Origin: Geminicoccus sp.
GTDB lineage: Bacteria; Pseudomonadota; Alphaproteobacteria; UBA7985
DNA length: 64,000 nucleotides
Assembly (NCBI GenBank): GCA_002708995.1
Contig: PAPT01000016.1
Coordinates: 39,892-103,891 of the forward strand
Reading direction: 5' to 3'
A program made the translations under genes and the position numbers. This document shows, piece after piece, positions 44,078 to 54,178 of this stretch; position 1 is the first letter of the stretch; each line of letters opens with the position of its first letter. The notes under the pieces are model-generated. The model did not search any database. It was not told the origin of the DNA and worked only from the letters and a program-made list of their open reading frames with translations.

Positions 44078-44686
44078 ATGTTCATTCTGATCGATAACTA
44101 CGACAGTTTTACCTACAACCTCGTGCACTTTCTCGGTGAGTTGGGCGCGGCGGTCGATGTCGTCCGCAACGACCAGATCACCCCGCTCGAAGTGCTCGAC
44201 CGGCACCCGGAAGGCGTGATCCTCTCGCCTGGCCCCTGCACCCCGGACGAAGCCGGCATCTGCCTTGACATGGTGGGCACGGCCGCGCGCGCGCGGCTGC
44301 CGCTGCTGGGCGTTTGCCTCGGCCACCAGTCGATCGGACAGGCGCTGGGCGGCCTGGTGGTCCGCGAGACCCCGCGTCATGGCAAGCTCTCTGCGATCCG
44401 GCACGCTGGCACGGGCCTGTTCAAGGGCCTGCCCGAGGCCGTCCAGGCGACCCGCTACCACTCGCTGGTGGTCGAGCGCGCCTCCCTGCCCGAGCATTTC
44501 GAGGTCACTGCCGAGACCGATGAGGGCCTGATCATGGGCATGAACCACCGCCATCTGCCAATCCACGGCCTGCAGTTTCACCCGGAATCGATCGAAACCC
44601 AGTACGGCCACGCCATGCTGCGCAACTTCCTCGACAGCGCGCGGGCGGCCAACAACCAGATCAACTGGCCCGCTGCCGCGGCCTGA
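44078..44686 (+). CDS. trpG: Anthranilate synthase component II / aminodeoxychorismate synthase glutamine amidotransferase
   Basis: [17 protein letters not shown], the catalytic GVCLGHQ and the LQFHPES motif. Confidence 0.94.
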   Translation: MFILIDNYDSFTYNLVHFLGELGAAVDVVRNDQITPLEVLDRHPEGVILSPGPCTPDEAGICLDMVGTAARARLPLLGVCLGHQSIGQALGGLVVRETPRHGKLSAIRHAGTGLFKGLPEAVQATRYHSLVVERASLPEHFEVTAETDEGLIMGMNHRHLPIHGLQFHPESIETQYGHAMLRNFLDSARAANNQINWPAAAA

Positions 44687-44768
44687 GGCCTGTGACCGCG
44701 CCGAGCCCCGGAATCCGAAGCCCCGTCGACAACCCTCAGCCAACCTGCTTACCCCAAGGAACCCCGCC

Positions 44769-45794
44769 GTGCTGCCCTTCACCAGCCTGCTCAACCAGAT
44801 CGCCGATGGCCAGGACCTCTCCGATGAACAGGCCGAGGCCGCCGTGCGCGCCATGATGTCCGGCGACGTCTCGCCTGCGCTGGCCGGCGCCTTCCTCTGG
44901 GGCCTGAAGACCAAGGGCGAGGCGGTGAGCGAAATCGCCGGCGCTGCCCGGGCCATGCGCGGGCTGATGACCGGCGTCGCCGCGCCCGAGGGCGCCATCG
45001 ATGTCTGCGGTACTGGCGGTGACAAGTCCGGCACCTACAACATTTCAACCGCCGTTTCCTTCGTGCTCGCCGGGTTCGGCGTCCCCGTCGCCAAGCACGG
45101 CAACCGCGCGGCAACCTCCAAATCCGGTGCGGCCGACGTGCTGGCCGCCCTGGGCGTGAACCTCGAGGCTGACTTCGCCCTGATCGAGCAGGCGATTGCA
45201 CAGGCCGGGGTTGGCTTCCTGTTCGCCCAGCGACACCACGGCGCGATCCGCCACGTCATGCCGGTGCGCAAGGAGCTGCAGATCCCGACGGTTTTCAACC
45301 TGCTCGGCCCACTGACCAACCCCGGCAGGGCGAAAATGCAGCTGCTCGGCGTGTTTGCGCCGCAGTGGGTGGAGCCGCTTGCACGCGTGCTCAAGGAACT
45401 CGGCTCGGAGCGCGCCTGGGTGGTCTACGGCGCCAACAGCGATGGCTCGGGCCTCGATGAGATGACCACCTGCGGCGAGACCCGTGTCGCCGAACTCCGC
45501 GATGGACGGATCAACACCTTCATCATCACGCCCGAAGACGCAGGCCTGCCGCAAGCACAGATCGAGACCCTGCGCGGCGGCGAGGCCGAAGAAAACGCCG
45601 CCGCCTTGCGCGCAGTGCTCGACGGCACCCCGGGGCCCTACCGCGATATCGTGCTGCTCAACGCCGCCGGCGCCCTGTGTGTCGCGGGCAAGGCCGATGA
45701 TATCCGCGCCGGCGTCGCTCTGGCCGCGGACGCCATCGACAGCGGCAGAGCCCGCACAGCGCTCGATCAACTGGTGGAGATCACCAATGGCTGA
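44769..45794 (+). CDS. trpD: Anthranilate phosphoribosyltransferase
   Basis: 341 aa with [15 protein letters not shown] and KHGNRA motifs. GTG start. Confidence 0.94.
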   Translation: MLPFTSLLNQIADGQDLSDEQAEAAVRAMMSGDVSPALAGAFLWGLKTKGEAVSEIAGAARAMRGLMTGVAAPEGAIDVCGTGGDKSGTYNISTAVSFVLAGFGVPVAKHGNRAATSKSGAADVLAALGVNLEADFALIEQAIAQAGVGFLFAQRHHGAIRHVMPVRKELQIPTVFNLLGPLTNPGRAKMQLLGVFAPQWVEPLARVLKELGSERAWVVYGANSDGSGLDEMTTCGETRVAELRDGRINTFIITPEDAGLPQAQIETLRGGEAEENAAALRAVLDGTPGPYRDIVLLNAAGALCVAGKADDIRAGVALAADAIDSGRARTALDQLVEITNG

Positions 45795-46689
45795 CGACGT
45801 CCTCGAACGCATCTGCGCAGACAAGCGCGACTGGATCGCTGCCCGAAAGGCCGAGACCAGCCCCGCCGACATCGACGCAGCCGCGCGCGCTGCTGATGCG
45901 CCCCGGGGGTTTGCCGCGGCGCTTCGCAACGCGCACAGCGACGGCCGCCAGGCGCTGATCGCCGAAATCAAGAAGGCAAGCCCGTCGAAGGGCCTGATCC
46001 GCGCCGACTTCGACCCGGCCACGCTGGCCCGGGCCTACGAGGCTGGCGGGGCCAGCTGCCTGTCTGTGCTGACCGACGTGCCGTATTTTCAGGGGGATGA
46101 CGCCTTTCTCAGGCAGGCGCGGGCCGCCGTGGACCTGCCCTGCCTGCGCAAGGACTTCATGCTCGACCCCTATCAGGTCGCCGAGGCCCGTGCGCTGGGG
46201 GCCGACTGCATTCTGGTCATCATGGCCTGCCTCGATGTCGGCCAGGCCGCTGAGCTGGAGGCTGCAGCCTTCGAATGGGGCATGGACGTACTGGTCGAGG
46301 TCCACGACGCCGAAGAACTCGAGCCCGCCCACCGGCTGCGCTCACCGCTGCTGGGCATCAACAACCGCAACCTGAAAACGCTGGAAATCTCGCTCGACGT
46401 GGGCGAAGGCCTCGCCAGCCGGGTCGACCCCGACCGCCTGCTGGTTGCCGAAAGCGGGCTCTACAGCCACGCCGACCTCGAGCGCATGGCGCGCGCGGGG
46501 GCCCGCGCCTTCCTGATCGGCGAAAGCCTGATGCAGCAGGATGACGTCACCGCCGCCACCCGGACCATCCTCGGGCTCGGCGCCCCAGACGACGCAGCGA
46601 CCCCAGACGATGCAGCGACCCTAGACGAGGCAGCGACCCCAGACGGCGCAGCGACCAAAGACGCAACCAGCCGGGCAGCGGCGCAATGA
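45787..46689 (+). CDS. trpC: Indole-3-glycerol phosphate synthase with repetitive C-terminal tail
   Basis: ORF 45484..46689 trimmed to MADDVLERI, which overlaps the trpD stop. [12 protein letters not shown] and INNRNLKT motifs. Confidence 0.93.
   Translation: MADDVLERICADKRDWIAARKAETSPADIDAAARAADAPRGFAAALRNAHSDGRQALIAEIKKASPSKGLIRADFDPATLARAYEAGGASCLSVLTDVPYFQGDDAFLRQARAAVDLPCLRKDFMLDPYQVAEARALGADCILVIMACLDVGQAAELEAAAFEWGMDVLVEVHDAEELEPAHRLRSPLLGINNRNLKTLEISLDVGEGLASRVDPDRLLVAESGLYSHADLERMARAGARAFLIGESLMQQDDVTAATRTILGLGAPDDAATPDDAATLDEAATPDGAATKDATSRAAAQ
46585..46668 (+). repeat. 4.7 x 18-bp tandem repeat (CCAGACGAYGCAGCGACC-like) inside the trpC 3' end
   Basis: Units at 46585, 46603, 46621 and 46639, plus a partial unit at 46657. 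In frame they encode [28 protein letters not shown]. Confidence 0.9.
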
Positions 46690-47213
46690 GCAGAGGCTTC
46701 AGCCACTTCGACGACGGCGGCAACGCGGTTATGGTCGACGTGAGCGACAAGCCCGAGACCCAGCGCGAGGCCGTGGCCGAAGCGCTGGTGCGGTGCAAGG
46801 CCGAAACCCTCGGCCTGATCCGTGAGGGCGGTGTCAAAAAGGGCGACGTGCTTTCCGTGGCACGTCTCGCCGGCATCATGGGCGCCAAGCAAACCGCAGC
46901 ACTGATCCCGCTGTGCCACCCCCTGCCCCTGTCGGCCGTCTCCCTTGACCTCAGCCTCGACGAGGCCGCCAGCGCCGTTCGCATCCGCGCGACCTGCCGC
47001 ACCGACGGCAAGACCGGTGTGGAGATGGAGGCGCTGACGGCGGTATCCGTCGCGGCGCTGACCGTCTACGACATGATCAAGGCGGTGCAGAAGGACGCCG
47101 TGATCGACGGCATCCGGCTGCTGGAGAAAACCGGTGGCAAGTCCGGCACCTTCAAGACCGATGAGCCCCGCCCGGTCACGGATACGAACACTGACCCGGC
47201 CGCAGGCCCCTGA
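46686..47213 (+). CDS. moaC: Cyclic pyranopterin monophosphate synthase MoaC
   Basis: 175 aa with [17 protein letters not shown] and the [21 protein letters not shown] motif. ATGA overlap with the trpC stop. Confidence 0.94.
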   Translation: MSRGFSHFDDGGNAVMVDVSDKPETQREAVAEALVRCKAETLGLIREGGVKKGDVLSVARLAGIMGAKQTAALIPLCHPLPLSAVSLDLSLDEAASAVRIRATCRTDGKTGVEMEALTAVSVAALTVYDMIKAVQKDAVIDGIRLLEKTGGKSGTFKTDEPRPVTDTNTDPAAGP

Positions 47214-47223
47214 GCCCCCGGCC

Positions 47224-48429
47224 ATGAAGGACTTCGACACCGCGCTGGCTGAAATCCTCGCCGAAATTCCCGGCCCGCTTTCCGGCGAGAACCTGAGCCT
47301 GAACAGCGCCGCCGAACCCGTCATCGGCCGTGTGCTGTCGAGCGATGTCCACGCTCGTCGGACCCACCCACCGCTGGCCATGTCGGCCATGGATGGCTAC
47401 GCGGTGCGCGCCAGCGACCTGCCCGGCGACCTCCGGGTTGAGCGCGAGATTGCCGCCGGTCAGCATGATCAGCGAGCACTTGTGGCGGGCGAGGCCGTGC
47501 GCATTTTCACCGGCGCGCCCCTTCCCCCCGGCGCGGATACCATCGCCATCCAGGAGAACGCCATCGACATCCCCGGCGGTGTGCGCTTCGAGCAGGCCGA
47601 GACCGAGGGCCGCTTCGTCCGACCCGCCGGGCTCGATTTTGCGGAAGGCGACCGCCTGGCATCCGCCAGTGCAGTGGTCTCCCCCCGCCTGCTGGCCCTG
47701 ATCGCAGCGGGCAACAACCCGGCCATCCCCGTCGTGAAACGCCCGCGCGTGGCCGTGCTGACTACGGGCGATGAAATCCGGGCGCCGGGTGAAGCGCTGG
47801 GGCCGGCGCACATCGTCAGCTCCAACAACCTCGCCATTGCCGCCATGGCCCGGGCCTGCGGGGCTGAAGCGACTGACTTCGGCAGCGTTGGCGACAGCCT
47901 GCCCTCGCTCGAAGCCGCTGCCGGGCGGTTACAGGGCTTCGACATCGTGGTGACCACCGGCGGTGCCTCGGTGGGCAAGCACGATCTGGTCGCACGCGCC
48001 TTCGAAGCGCAGGGGCTGGACCTCGCGTTCTGGAAAATTGCGATGCGCCCGGGTAAACCGCTGATCTTCGGCCGCTTCAGCGGCGGTCTGTTCCTCGGCC
48101 TGCCCGGAAACCCGGTCTCGGCCCTAATCCTCAGCCTGCTGATCCTGCGGCCCATGGTGGCGAAAATGCTCGGCCGACCAACGGACCTGCCCCGACGGAG
48201 CGCCACCATCGCCCACGACCTGCCAGCCAATGACCTGCGCCGCGATTTCATCCGCGCCCGGCGCCTGCCCGATGGGACCATCGACGCCCGGCAAAGGCAG
48301 GACTCGTCCATGCTGTCCGTACTCGCAGCCGCCGACGTCATCCTTGACCGACATGCCCACGACCCGGCAATCAAGGCCGGCGCGCCGGTGCAGATCATCG
48401 ACCTCGGCCAGCTCGACACCCTGTTCTGA
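47224..48429 (+). CDS. moeA: Molybdopterin molybdenumtransferase MoeA
   Basis: ORF 47134..48429 trimmed to MKDFDTALAEIL. MSAMDGYAV, TTGGASVGKHD and LPGNPVSA motifs. Confidence 0.92.
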   Translation: MKDFDTALAEILAEIPGPLSGENLSLNSAAEPVIGRVLSSDVHARRTHPPLAMSAMDGYAVRASDLPGDLRVEREIAAGQHDQRALVAGEAVRIFTGAPLPPGADTIAIQENAIDIPGGVRFEQAETEGRFVRPAGLDFAEGDRLASASAVVSPRLLALIAAGNNPAIPVVKRPRVAVLTTGDEIRAPGEALGPAHIVSSNNLAIAAMARACGAEATDFGSVGDSLPSLEAAAGRLQGFDIVVTTGGASVGKHDLVARAFEAQGLDLAFWKIAMRPGKPLIFGRFSGGLFLGLPGNPVSALILSLLILRPMVAKMLGRPTDLPRRSATIAHDLPANDLRRDFIRARRLPDGTIDARQRQDSSMLSVLAAADVILDRHAHDPAIKAGAPVQIIDLGQLDTLF

Positions 48430-48486
48430 TCCCCGCATCCCCCCGCGCTACTGGTCCCACTGGGCTTTGTGCTTGACTTGTTCTTG

Positions 48487-48501
48487 GAACTTTCTTAGAA
48501 C
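48487..48501 (+). promoter_or_regulatory. Alphaproteobacterial-type LexA (SOS) box GAAC-N7-GAAC upstream of lexA
   Basis: GAACTTTCTTAGAAC read directly, about 100 nt upstream of the lexA ATG and just downstream of a TTGACT -35-like hexamer (48472). Confidence 0.75.
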
Positions 48502-48599
48502 ATTTGTGATTTTTATCCGATTGTACCCTTGGTGTTCGTAGTATCCGCGACACAGGTACAGGGCAACAGGCTGCAAAGCCTGAACAGGGGGAGGCGCGC

Positions 48600-49445
48600 A
48601 TGCTCACAGAAAAGCAACGCACGCTGCTGGTTTTCATCCACGACTGCCTGAATGAACGGGGAGTTTCACCGTCCTTCGATGAGATGAAAGACGCGCTCAG
48701 TCTCAAGTCGAAATCGGGCATCCATCGCCTGATCACAGCGCTCGAGGAGCGCGGGTTTCTGAAGCGACTGCCCCACCGGGCACGCGCGCTGGAAGTTACC
48801 CGCCTGCCCGACGATATGCAGACCCAGCAACCCATCGCCAATCGAAGGTTCGCGGCGCTCTCCCGGGAGAATGACGGGCTGTCGGCGGATGGACTGCGCC
48901 CCGCGCCACCGTGGCTGGAGAGCGTAACCGCAGGACGTGCGCCCGGACCCGATGACTTCGAGGGCGATAAAGGACTGGACGAGCAGGCGCTCGCCAACGC
49001 CGGAGCCAACGTGGTGCGCGCCGACTTTGGGCGCGCGCGCGAAATGGCCGTGGCTCAGGGCCGGGAAGTGTCCCTGCCCCTCTATGGCAAGATCGCTGCG
49101 GGCATGCCGATCGAGGCGCTGGCCAACGAAAGCGAATACCTCGACGTGCCGACCACGCTGCTGGGCAACGGGCAGTACTACGCGCTGCAGGTAGAGGGCG
49201 ATTCCATGATCGAAGCCGGCATCCACGATGGCGACTACGTCATCATCGAGCGCGGCGACACCGCCCACAACGGCGATATCGTGGTCGCACTGGTGGACAA
49301 CTACGAGGTGACCCTCAAGCGCCTGAGAAAGCGCTCGGGCACGGTTGCGCTTGAACCCGCCAACACCCGCTACGAAACCCGCATTTTCGGCCCCGACCGG
49401 GTCAAGGTGCAGGGACGGCTTGCCGGGCTGGTCCGTCGCTACTGA
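48600..49445 (+). CDS. lexA: LexA repressor (unusually long linker)
   Basis: N-terminal w[20 protein letters not shown]...[16 protein letters not shown], cleavage site IAAG, catalytic GDSM and LKRL. Confidence 0.94.
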   Translation: MLTEKQRTLLVFIHDCLNERGVSPSFDEMKDALSLKSKSGIHRLITALEERGFLKRLPHRARALEVTRLPDDMQTQQPIANRRFAALSRENDGLSADGLRPAPPWLESVTAGRAPGPDDFEGDKGLDEQALANAGANVVRADFGRAREMAVAQGREVSLPLYGKIAAGMPIEALANESEYLDVPTTLLGNGQYYALQVEGDSMIEAGIHDGDYVIIERGDTAHNGDIVVALVDNYEVTLKRLRKRSGTVALEPANTRYETRIFGPDRVKVQGRLAGLVRRY

Positions 49446-49575
49446 CAACAGGGACCCTTACAACAGCGGCCTGTACAACGGCGGGCCGTTGCACGCCTCA
49501 TCGCTCGCCGCCTGCAACCGCAGGCGCGCTCAGACCTCAAGCCTGTCTCATGGATTGAGTGTGCAGCGTCGGAGC

Positions 49576-50982
49576 TCAGGCGTTGTCGAGCACGGCGGCG
49601 ATGTGCTGCTGTGTTTTCTCCGGCCCGAAGGCAAAGGCGACTTCCGTAACCCCCGGTGAAGCCATGGCCCCCGTCAGCGCGGCGCGCAGGGGTTGGAACA
49701 CCTTGCCCAGCTTGAGCTCCTTGGCTTCGGCGTAGGCCATGAGCGCCGCCTTGATGCTGTCTTCGTCCCACGCATCCACGGTTGCCAGCACCCTTCGCAT
49801 GTCGCGCAGCACCGACAGTCCGTCTTCGTCCAGCGCCTTCCGCGCCTTGTCCTCGATTTCGATGGGCGGCGCCTGCAAGAAAAAGCGCGCCATGTCGGCG
49901 ACATCGCACAGGGTCTTGGAGCGGTCCACGATGGACGGCATTGCCCGCTCAAGCCGCGCCTGCTCTTCGTCGCCGGGCGCATCCCAGCCCGCCTTAGCGA
50001 TAAACGGCAGCGCCAGTGCCAGCGCCTCACCGGCCGGCATCGCCTTGAGATAATGGGCGCTGAGCACCGCCACCTTGTCCACATCCAGCCGTGAGGCCCC
50101 GCGGTTGACGTCGGCGAGGCCGAACCACTCGACCGCCTGCGCCCGCGAGATGATCTCATCGTCGCCGTGGCTCCAGCCCAGCCGCAGCAGGGCGTTGAAC
50201 ACGGCTTGCTGCAGATACCCCTGATCGCGGTACTGCTCTACCCCGACCGCGCCGTGGCGCTTGGACAGCTTGGCACCGTCAGCCCCATGGATTAGCGGGA
50301 TATGGCCGAAGGCGGGCAGATACCAGCCCGCGGCCTGATAAATCTGCGCCTGGCGAAAGGCGTTGTTGAGGTGATCGTCACCCCGGATGACGTGGGTGAC
50401 GCCCATATCGTGGTCATCGACGCACACGGCAAGCATGTAGGTTGGCGAGCCATCGGCACGGAGTAGGACGAAGTCGTCAATTTCGCTGTTCTGGACCTCG
50501 ACCCGGCCCTGCACCACGTCGTCGATGACGGTGCTACCCTCCTGCGGGGTCCGGACGCGGATAACGAAGGGCGCCCCGTCCCGTGCCTCGGCGGGATCGC
50601 GGTCGCGCCAGCGTCCGTCGTAGCCCGGGTTACGGCCCTCGGCCTTCGCCGCCTCGCGCATGGCGCTCAGCTCCTCGGGCGTGGCGAAACACTTGTAGGC
50701 CCGGCCGTTGGCGAGCATCTCTTTGGCCACGGCCCGGTGGCGGTCGGCGCGAGTGCTCTGGAACACCGTCTCTCCGTCGGCATCAAGCCCCATCCAGGCC
50801 AGCCCGGCGAGGATGGCGTCGACCGCTTCCTGCGTCGAGCGTTCCTTGTCGGTATCCTCTATTCTAAGTAGATATTTTCCGCCATGATGTCGCGCGAACA
50901 ACCAGTTGAACAGGGCGGTTCGCACACCCCCGATGTGGAGGAAGCCAGTGGGAGACGGCGCAAAACGGGTGACAACGCTCAT
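49576..50982 (-). CDS. gltX: Glutamate--tRNA ligase
   Basis: ORF 49576..51189 trimmed to MSVVTRFAPSPTGFLHIGG (HIGH motif). The KLSKR (KMSKS) motif is present. Confidence 0.95.
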   Translation of the reverse strand: MSVVTRFAPSPTGFLHIGGVRTALFNWLFARHHGGKYLLRIEDTDKERSTQEAVDAILAGLAWMGLDADGETVFQSTRADRHRAVAKEMLANGRAYKCFATPEELSAMREAAKAEGRNPGYDGRWRDRDPAEARDGAPFVIRVRTPQEGSTVIDDVVQGRVEVQNSEIDDFVLLRADGSPTYMLAVCVDDHDMGVTHVIRGDDHLNNAFRQAQIYQAAGWYLPAFGHIPLIHGADGAKLSKRHGAVGVEQYRDQGYLQQAVFNALLRLGWSHGDDEIISRAQAVEWFGLADVNRGASRLDVDKVAVLSAHYLKAMPAGEALALALPFIAKAGWDAPGDEEQARLERAMPSIVDRSKTLCDVADMARFFLQAPPIEIEDKARKALDEDGLSVLRDMRRVLATVDAWDEDSIKAALMAYAEAKELKLGKVFQPLRAALTGAMASPGVTEVAFAFGPEKTQQHIAAVLDNA

Positions 50983-51760
50983 GGTGGGGTCCGTGTGCTG
51001 GGAATTTCGCTTTGGTGGGTCCCTTAGCATGCACGCCCGTGCACAGCCACGGCCATGACCGAAGGGGGGCCATTCGATGCGGGTTTCCCCGCCGGGCCCG
51101 GCGCCGGAAGGGGCGCCGGACGGGGCGTCAGACTGCGGCGGGGCTGGCTTCGGGCGTAGCAGCAGCTGTGGCAGCGACAGCAGAGGCACCTGCGCGACTC
51201 AAGCCCGCTGGGCCCGCATTTATGGCTCAGCATGTCGGCACAGTCGGCCGGATTGCTGTGCCAGCCTGATGACAGCGCCCACCTCGTCGTGCTCGGCGTC
51301 GCGCCGCGGGCCGCCTGCACCCCTGCGCAGGTCATCGACAGCCTTGCGTTCTCTGCAAAGGCCCTTGGCGTGCTGAGCCAAGATGACCCCGGAAAAACAG
51401 CTGACAATGCGTTTGAACTGCGCTTGAAAAGCCCTGCAACGCGGCGGTTTTGGACGGCTTCAGAGCCGCGCTGAGGGGGGCACAATGCGTGGTGCAAAAT
51501 GTGACACAAAAATGGCTCAGCGCGTTTGCCTTTTGTCGTAATTGACCGTAATAGAGGCGCAAGTCTGACAAAAAAACAGGAACCCGCGCCCGATCGCGAC
51601 CAGATTGAGTCGAGCCGGAAGACCTGATTTTCATGACCAGGAGCGCCCTTAACCCCGCGCCGAAGCCCCGCAGGCTCAAGCCCCTGTGCGGCGTGCTTGG
51701 GGACTGCCGCACCAGGCGTGATCGGCACTCTGCCCGGACGAAAACGAGGAAACCGAACCC

Positions 51761-53059
51761 ATGACCGACGCGTCGAACAAGACCTTTACGCTGACCAACG
51801 ATCAGACCGGAGAGAGCGTGGTTTTGCCCGTGCTCGATGGCGTCGACGGACCGTCAGTGATCGACGTGCGCAAGCTCTACGCCCAGACCGGGCACTTCAC
51901 CTACGACCCCGGTTTCCGCGCCACAGGCTCCTGTGATTCGGCCCTGACCTACATCGACGGCGAGCAGGGTATTCTGCTCCACCGGGGCTACGCGATCGAA
52001 GAGCTGGCCAACAAGTCCGACTACATGGAAGTCTGCTACCTACTGCTCCACGGTAACCTGCCCTCCGCAGCAGCGAAATCCGAGTTCGAGCACACCATCA
52101 CCCATCACACCATGGTCCACGACCAGATCCACAACTTCTTCCGTGGGTTCCGGCGCGACGCCCACCCCATGGCGATCATGTGTGGTGTCGTGGGTGCGCT
52201 GTCGGCCTTCTACCACGACCACACCGACGTCAATTCCGCCGAAGACCGGCTCATCTCCGCGCACCGGCTGATCGCCAAGATCCCGACCATCGCGGCCATG
52301 GCCTACAAATACTCCATCGGCCAGCCGTTCATGTTCCCGCGCAACGACCTGAGCTACGCGGCGAATTTCCTGCACATGACCTTCGGCGTGCCGGCCGCGA
52401 CCTACGAGCCCGACCCGGTTCTCTCCCGTGCCATGGACAAGATCTTTATCCTGCACGCGGATCATGAGCAGAACGCATCGACCTCGACCGTGCGCATCGC
52501 CGGCTCGTCCGGCGCCAACCCCTACGCCGTGATCGCAGCGGGCATCGCCTCGCTCTGGGGTCCGGCCCACGGCGGCGCGAACGAGGCCGTGCTGACCATG
52601 CTCGATCAGATCGGCGACAAGTCGCGGATCCCGGAATTCGTCAAGAAAGCCAAGGATCCTGACGATCCGTTCCGGCTGATGGGCTTTGGCCACCGGGTTT
52701 ACAAGAATTTCGACCCGCGCGCGAAAATCATGAAGGAAGCCGCCGACGAGGTGCTCGACCTGCTCGGCCTGTCCGACCCGCGGCTGGAACTGGCCCGCGA
52801 GCTGGAGCGCATCGCGCTGGAAGACGACTACTTCGTGCAGCGGAAGCTGTACCCGAACGTCGACTTCTATTCGGGCATTATCCTCAAGGCCATGGGCTTC
52901 CCGACCGAGATGTTCACGGTGCTGTTTGCGCTGGCCCGCACGGTGGGCTGGATCAGCCAGTGGAAGGAAATGATGGAAAACCCCGATGGGATCTTCCGTC
53001 CACGCCAGCTCTACACCGGTGAAGCCCAGCGCCCTTACGTCAGCCTCGATCAGCGCTGA
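51761..53059 (+). CDS. gltA: Citrate synthase
   Basis: 432 aa with the [13 protein letters not shown] motif. Confidence 0.97.
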   Translation: MTDASNKTFTLTNDQTGESVVLPVLDGVDGPSVIDVRKLYAQTGHFTYDPGFRATGSCDSALTYIDGEQGILLHRGYAIEELANKSDYMEVCYLLLHGNLPSAAAKSEFEHTITHHTMVHDQIHNFFRGFRRDAHPMAIMCGVVGALSAFYHDHTDVNSAEDRLISAHRLIAKIPTIAAMAYKYSIGQPFMFPRNDLSYAANFLHMTFGVPAATYEPDPVLSRAMDKIFILHADHEQNASTSTVRIAGSSGANPYAVIAAGIASLWGPAHGGANEAVLTMLDQIGDKSRIPEFVKKAKDPDDPFRLMGFGHRVYKNFDPRAKIMKEAADEVLDLLGLSDPRLELARELERIALEDDYFVQRKLYPNVDFYSGIILKAMGFPTEMFTVLFALARTVGWISQWKEMMENPDGIFRPRQLYTGEAQRPYVSLDQR

Positions 53060-53213
53060 TAGTCCCCGTCACAGGGGTACGTTTACGCCCCGCAAACCAG
53101 ACGAGGACTTGTGGACGCCGGAATTTGTCCACTGGTTGTCCCCTTTGAATGCCGCAATAATCCGCTAAACTCAGTGTCCTGAGTGAAATCAAGCAGCGTG
53201 AGACGAGGCACTT

Positions 53214-54077
53214 ATGGGGACGAAACAACAGCGGGTCCGGCCCGGATGGCGCAGCGCGGTCTACGCCGTCATGACGCTGTTGCTGGTGGGCCTTGGCCCG
53301 CTGAACAACGCAGCAGGGGCGCAGACCCAGACCGCAGCCAACGCGGTGACGACTTTCAACGTCCATTCCTCCGCCGGGGTACAGGCCGAACCGGCGATCA
53401 CCGTCATCCTGCGCGACAGCAATGGGCCGGAGTACGAAGTGCGCCTGCCCGAACTGCTGATCCAGATGGTGCGCGAGGCCAATCGAGGCACCTTCGTGCT
53501 CATGCCCGCGCTGGGCCATGTGATCCTCGTTCCCATGCCCGAATTCGCCGTTCTGAGCCGCGACCTGCCAGTTCTTGCCGAGATCAACCGCGAGGATCAT
53601 CGCGCGCTCGATATCATGCCAGCCGGATCCACGAATGAAAACCGCAGCCGGGTCCACGGCCTGAGCGTCAAGCGGGTGCCAGCGGGCACCACCGCCGAGG
53701 ATGACGCGCGCTCCAGCCTGAGCGGCTTGCAGTCGGTGTGCGAGAGCAACAGCTACGGCTACCAGTTCGAGCAGCGCAAGGAGAGCGGGCGCGGCGTGCT
53801 GCTGACCCTCTGCGCCCAGCTGCTCCCCGGGGTGCCGGGTGCCATGAGCGCGGATACCGGCGGCACGGTCGATATATCGCTGAGCTACGTCATCGACGAC
53901 GTTGCGATCCGGGTCTACAGCATCCACCGCCAGTCGCGCTGGAACCCGCAGGAAGTCACCGCGCCCATGTCCGAAGCCATGGTGCTTGAGGTGGTGCGGA
54001 TGCTCGATCGCAGCATCATCTTCGAAGATATCGATGAATCTGCCCTGCGCGCGGCCTTCCTGATGGCGCAGAGCTAG
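53214..54077 (+). CDS. Hypothetical secreted protein (no recognisable family)
   Basis: 287 aa with a strong G/C preference at the third codon position read along the frame. Signal-peptide-like N-terminus (AVYAVMTLLLVGLGPLNNAAGAQ). A bidirectional terminator lies directly downstream. The antisense ORF 53040..54092 has an R/G/H-rich, junk-like composition. Confidence 0.7.
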   Translation: MGTKQQRVRPGWRSAVYAVMTLLLVGLGPLNNAAGAQTQTAANAVTTFNVHSSAGVQAEPAITVILRDSNGPEYEVRLPELLIQMVREANRGTFVLMPALGHVILVPMPEFAVLSRDLPVLAEINREDHRALDIMPAGSTNENRSRVHGLSVKRVPAGTTAEDDARSSLSGLQSVCESNSYGYQFEQRKESGRGVLLTLCAQLLPGVPGAMSADTGGTVDISLSYVIDDVAIRVYSIHRQSRWNPQEVTAPMSEAMVLEVVRMLDRSIIFEDIDESALRAAFLMAQS

Positions 54078-54113
54078 CGGCAAACAAGCCAAGGCGCCGT
54101 CTCGTCGCTACAC

Positions 54114-54149
54114 AAAAAAAGGGGGCCACGCAGGCCCCCTTCTTCGTTT
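54114..54149. terminator. Bidirectional rho-independent terminator between the hypothetical gene and the DAHP synthase gene
   Basis: A7 run, stem GGGGGCC (54121-54127) / GGCCCCC (54133-54139), then a T-rich tail TTCTTCGTTT. Confidence 0.8.
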
Positions 54150-54178
54150 GTGCGTGCGTGAAACGCGGTTCTGAGCGA

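Noticed and set aside
53040-54092. 350-aa minus-strand ORF as an alternative to the hypothetical secreted protein
   Set aside because: It shares third codon positions with the plus-strand ORF, so periodicity cannot discriminate between them. The minus-strand product is His/Arg/Gly/Ala-rich with no signal peptide or sensible start context. The plus-strand product has a signal peptide, balanced composition and a terminator directly downstream.
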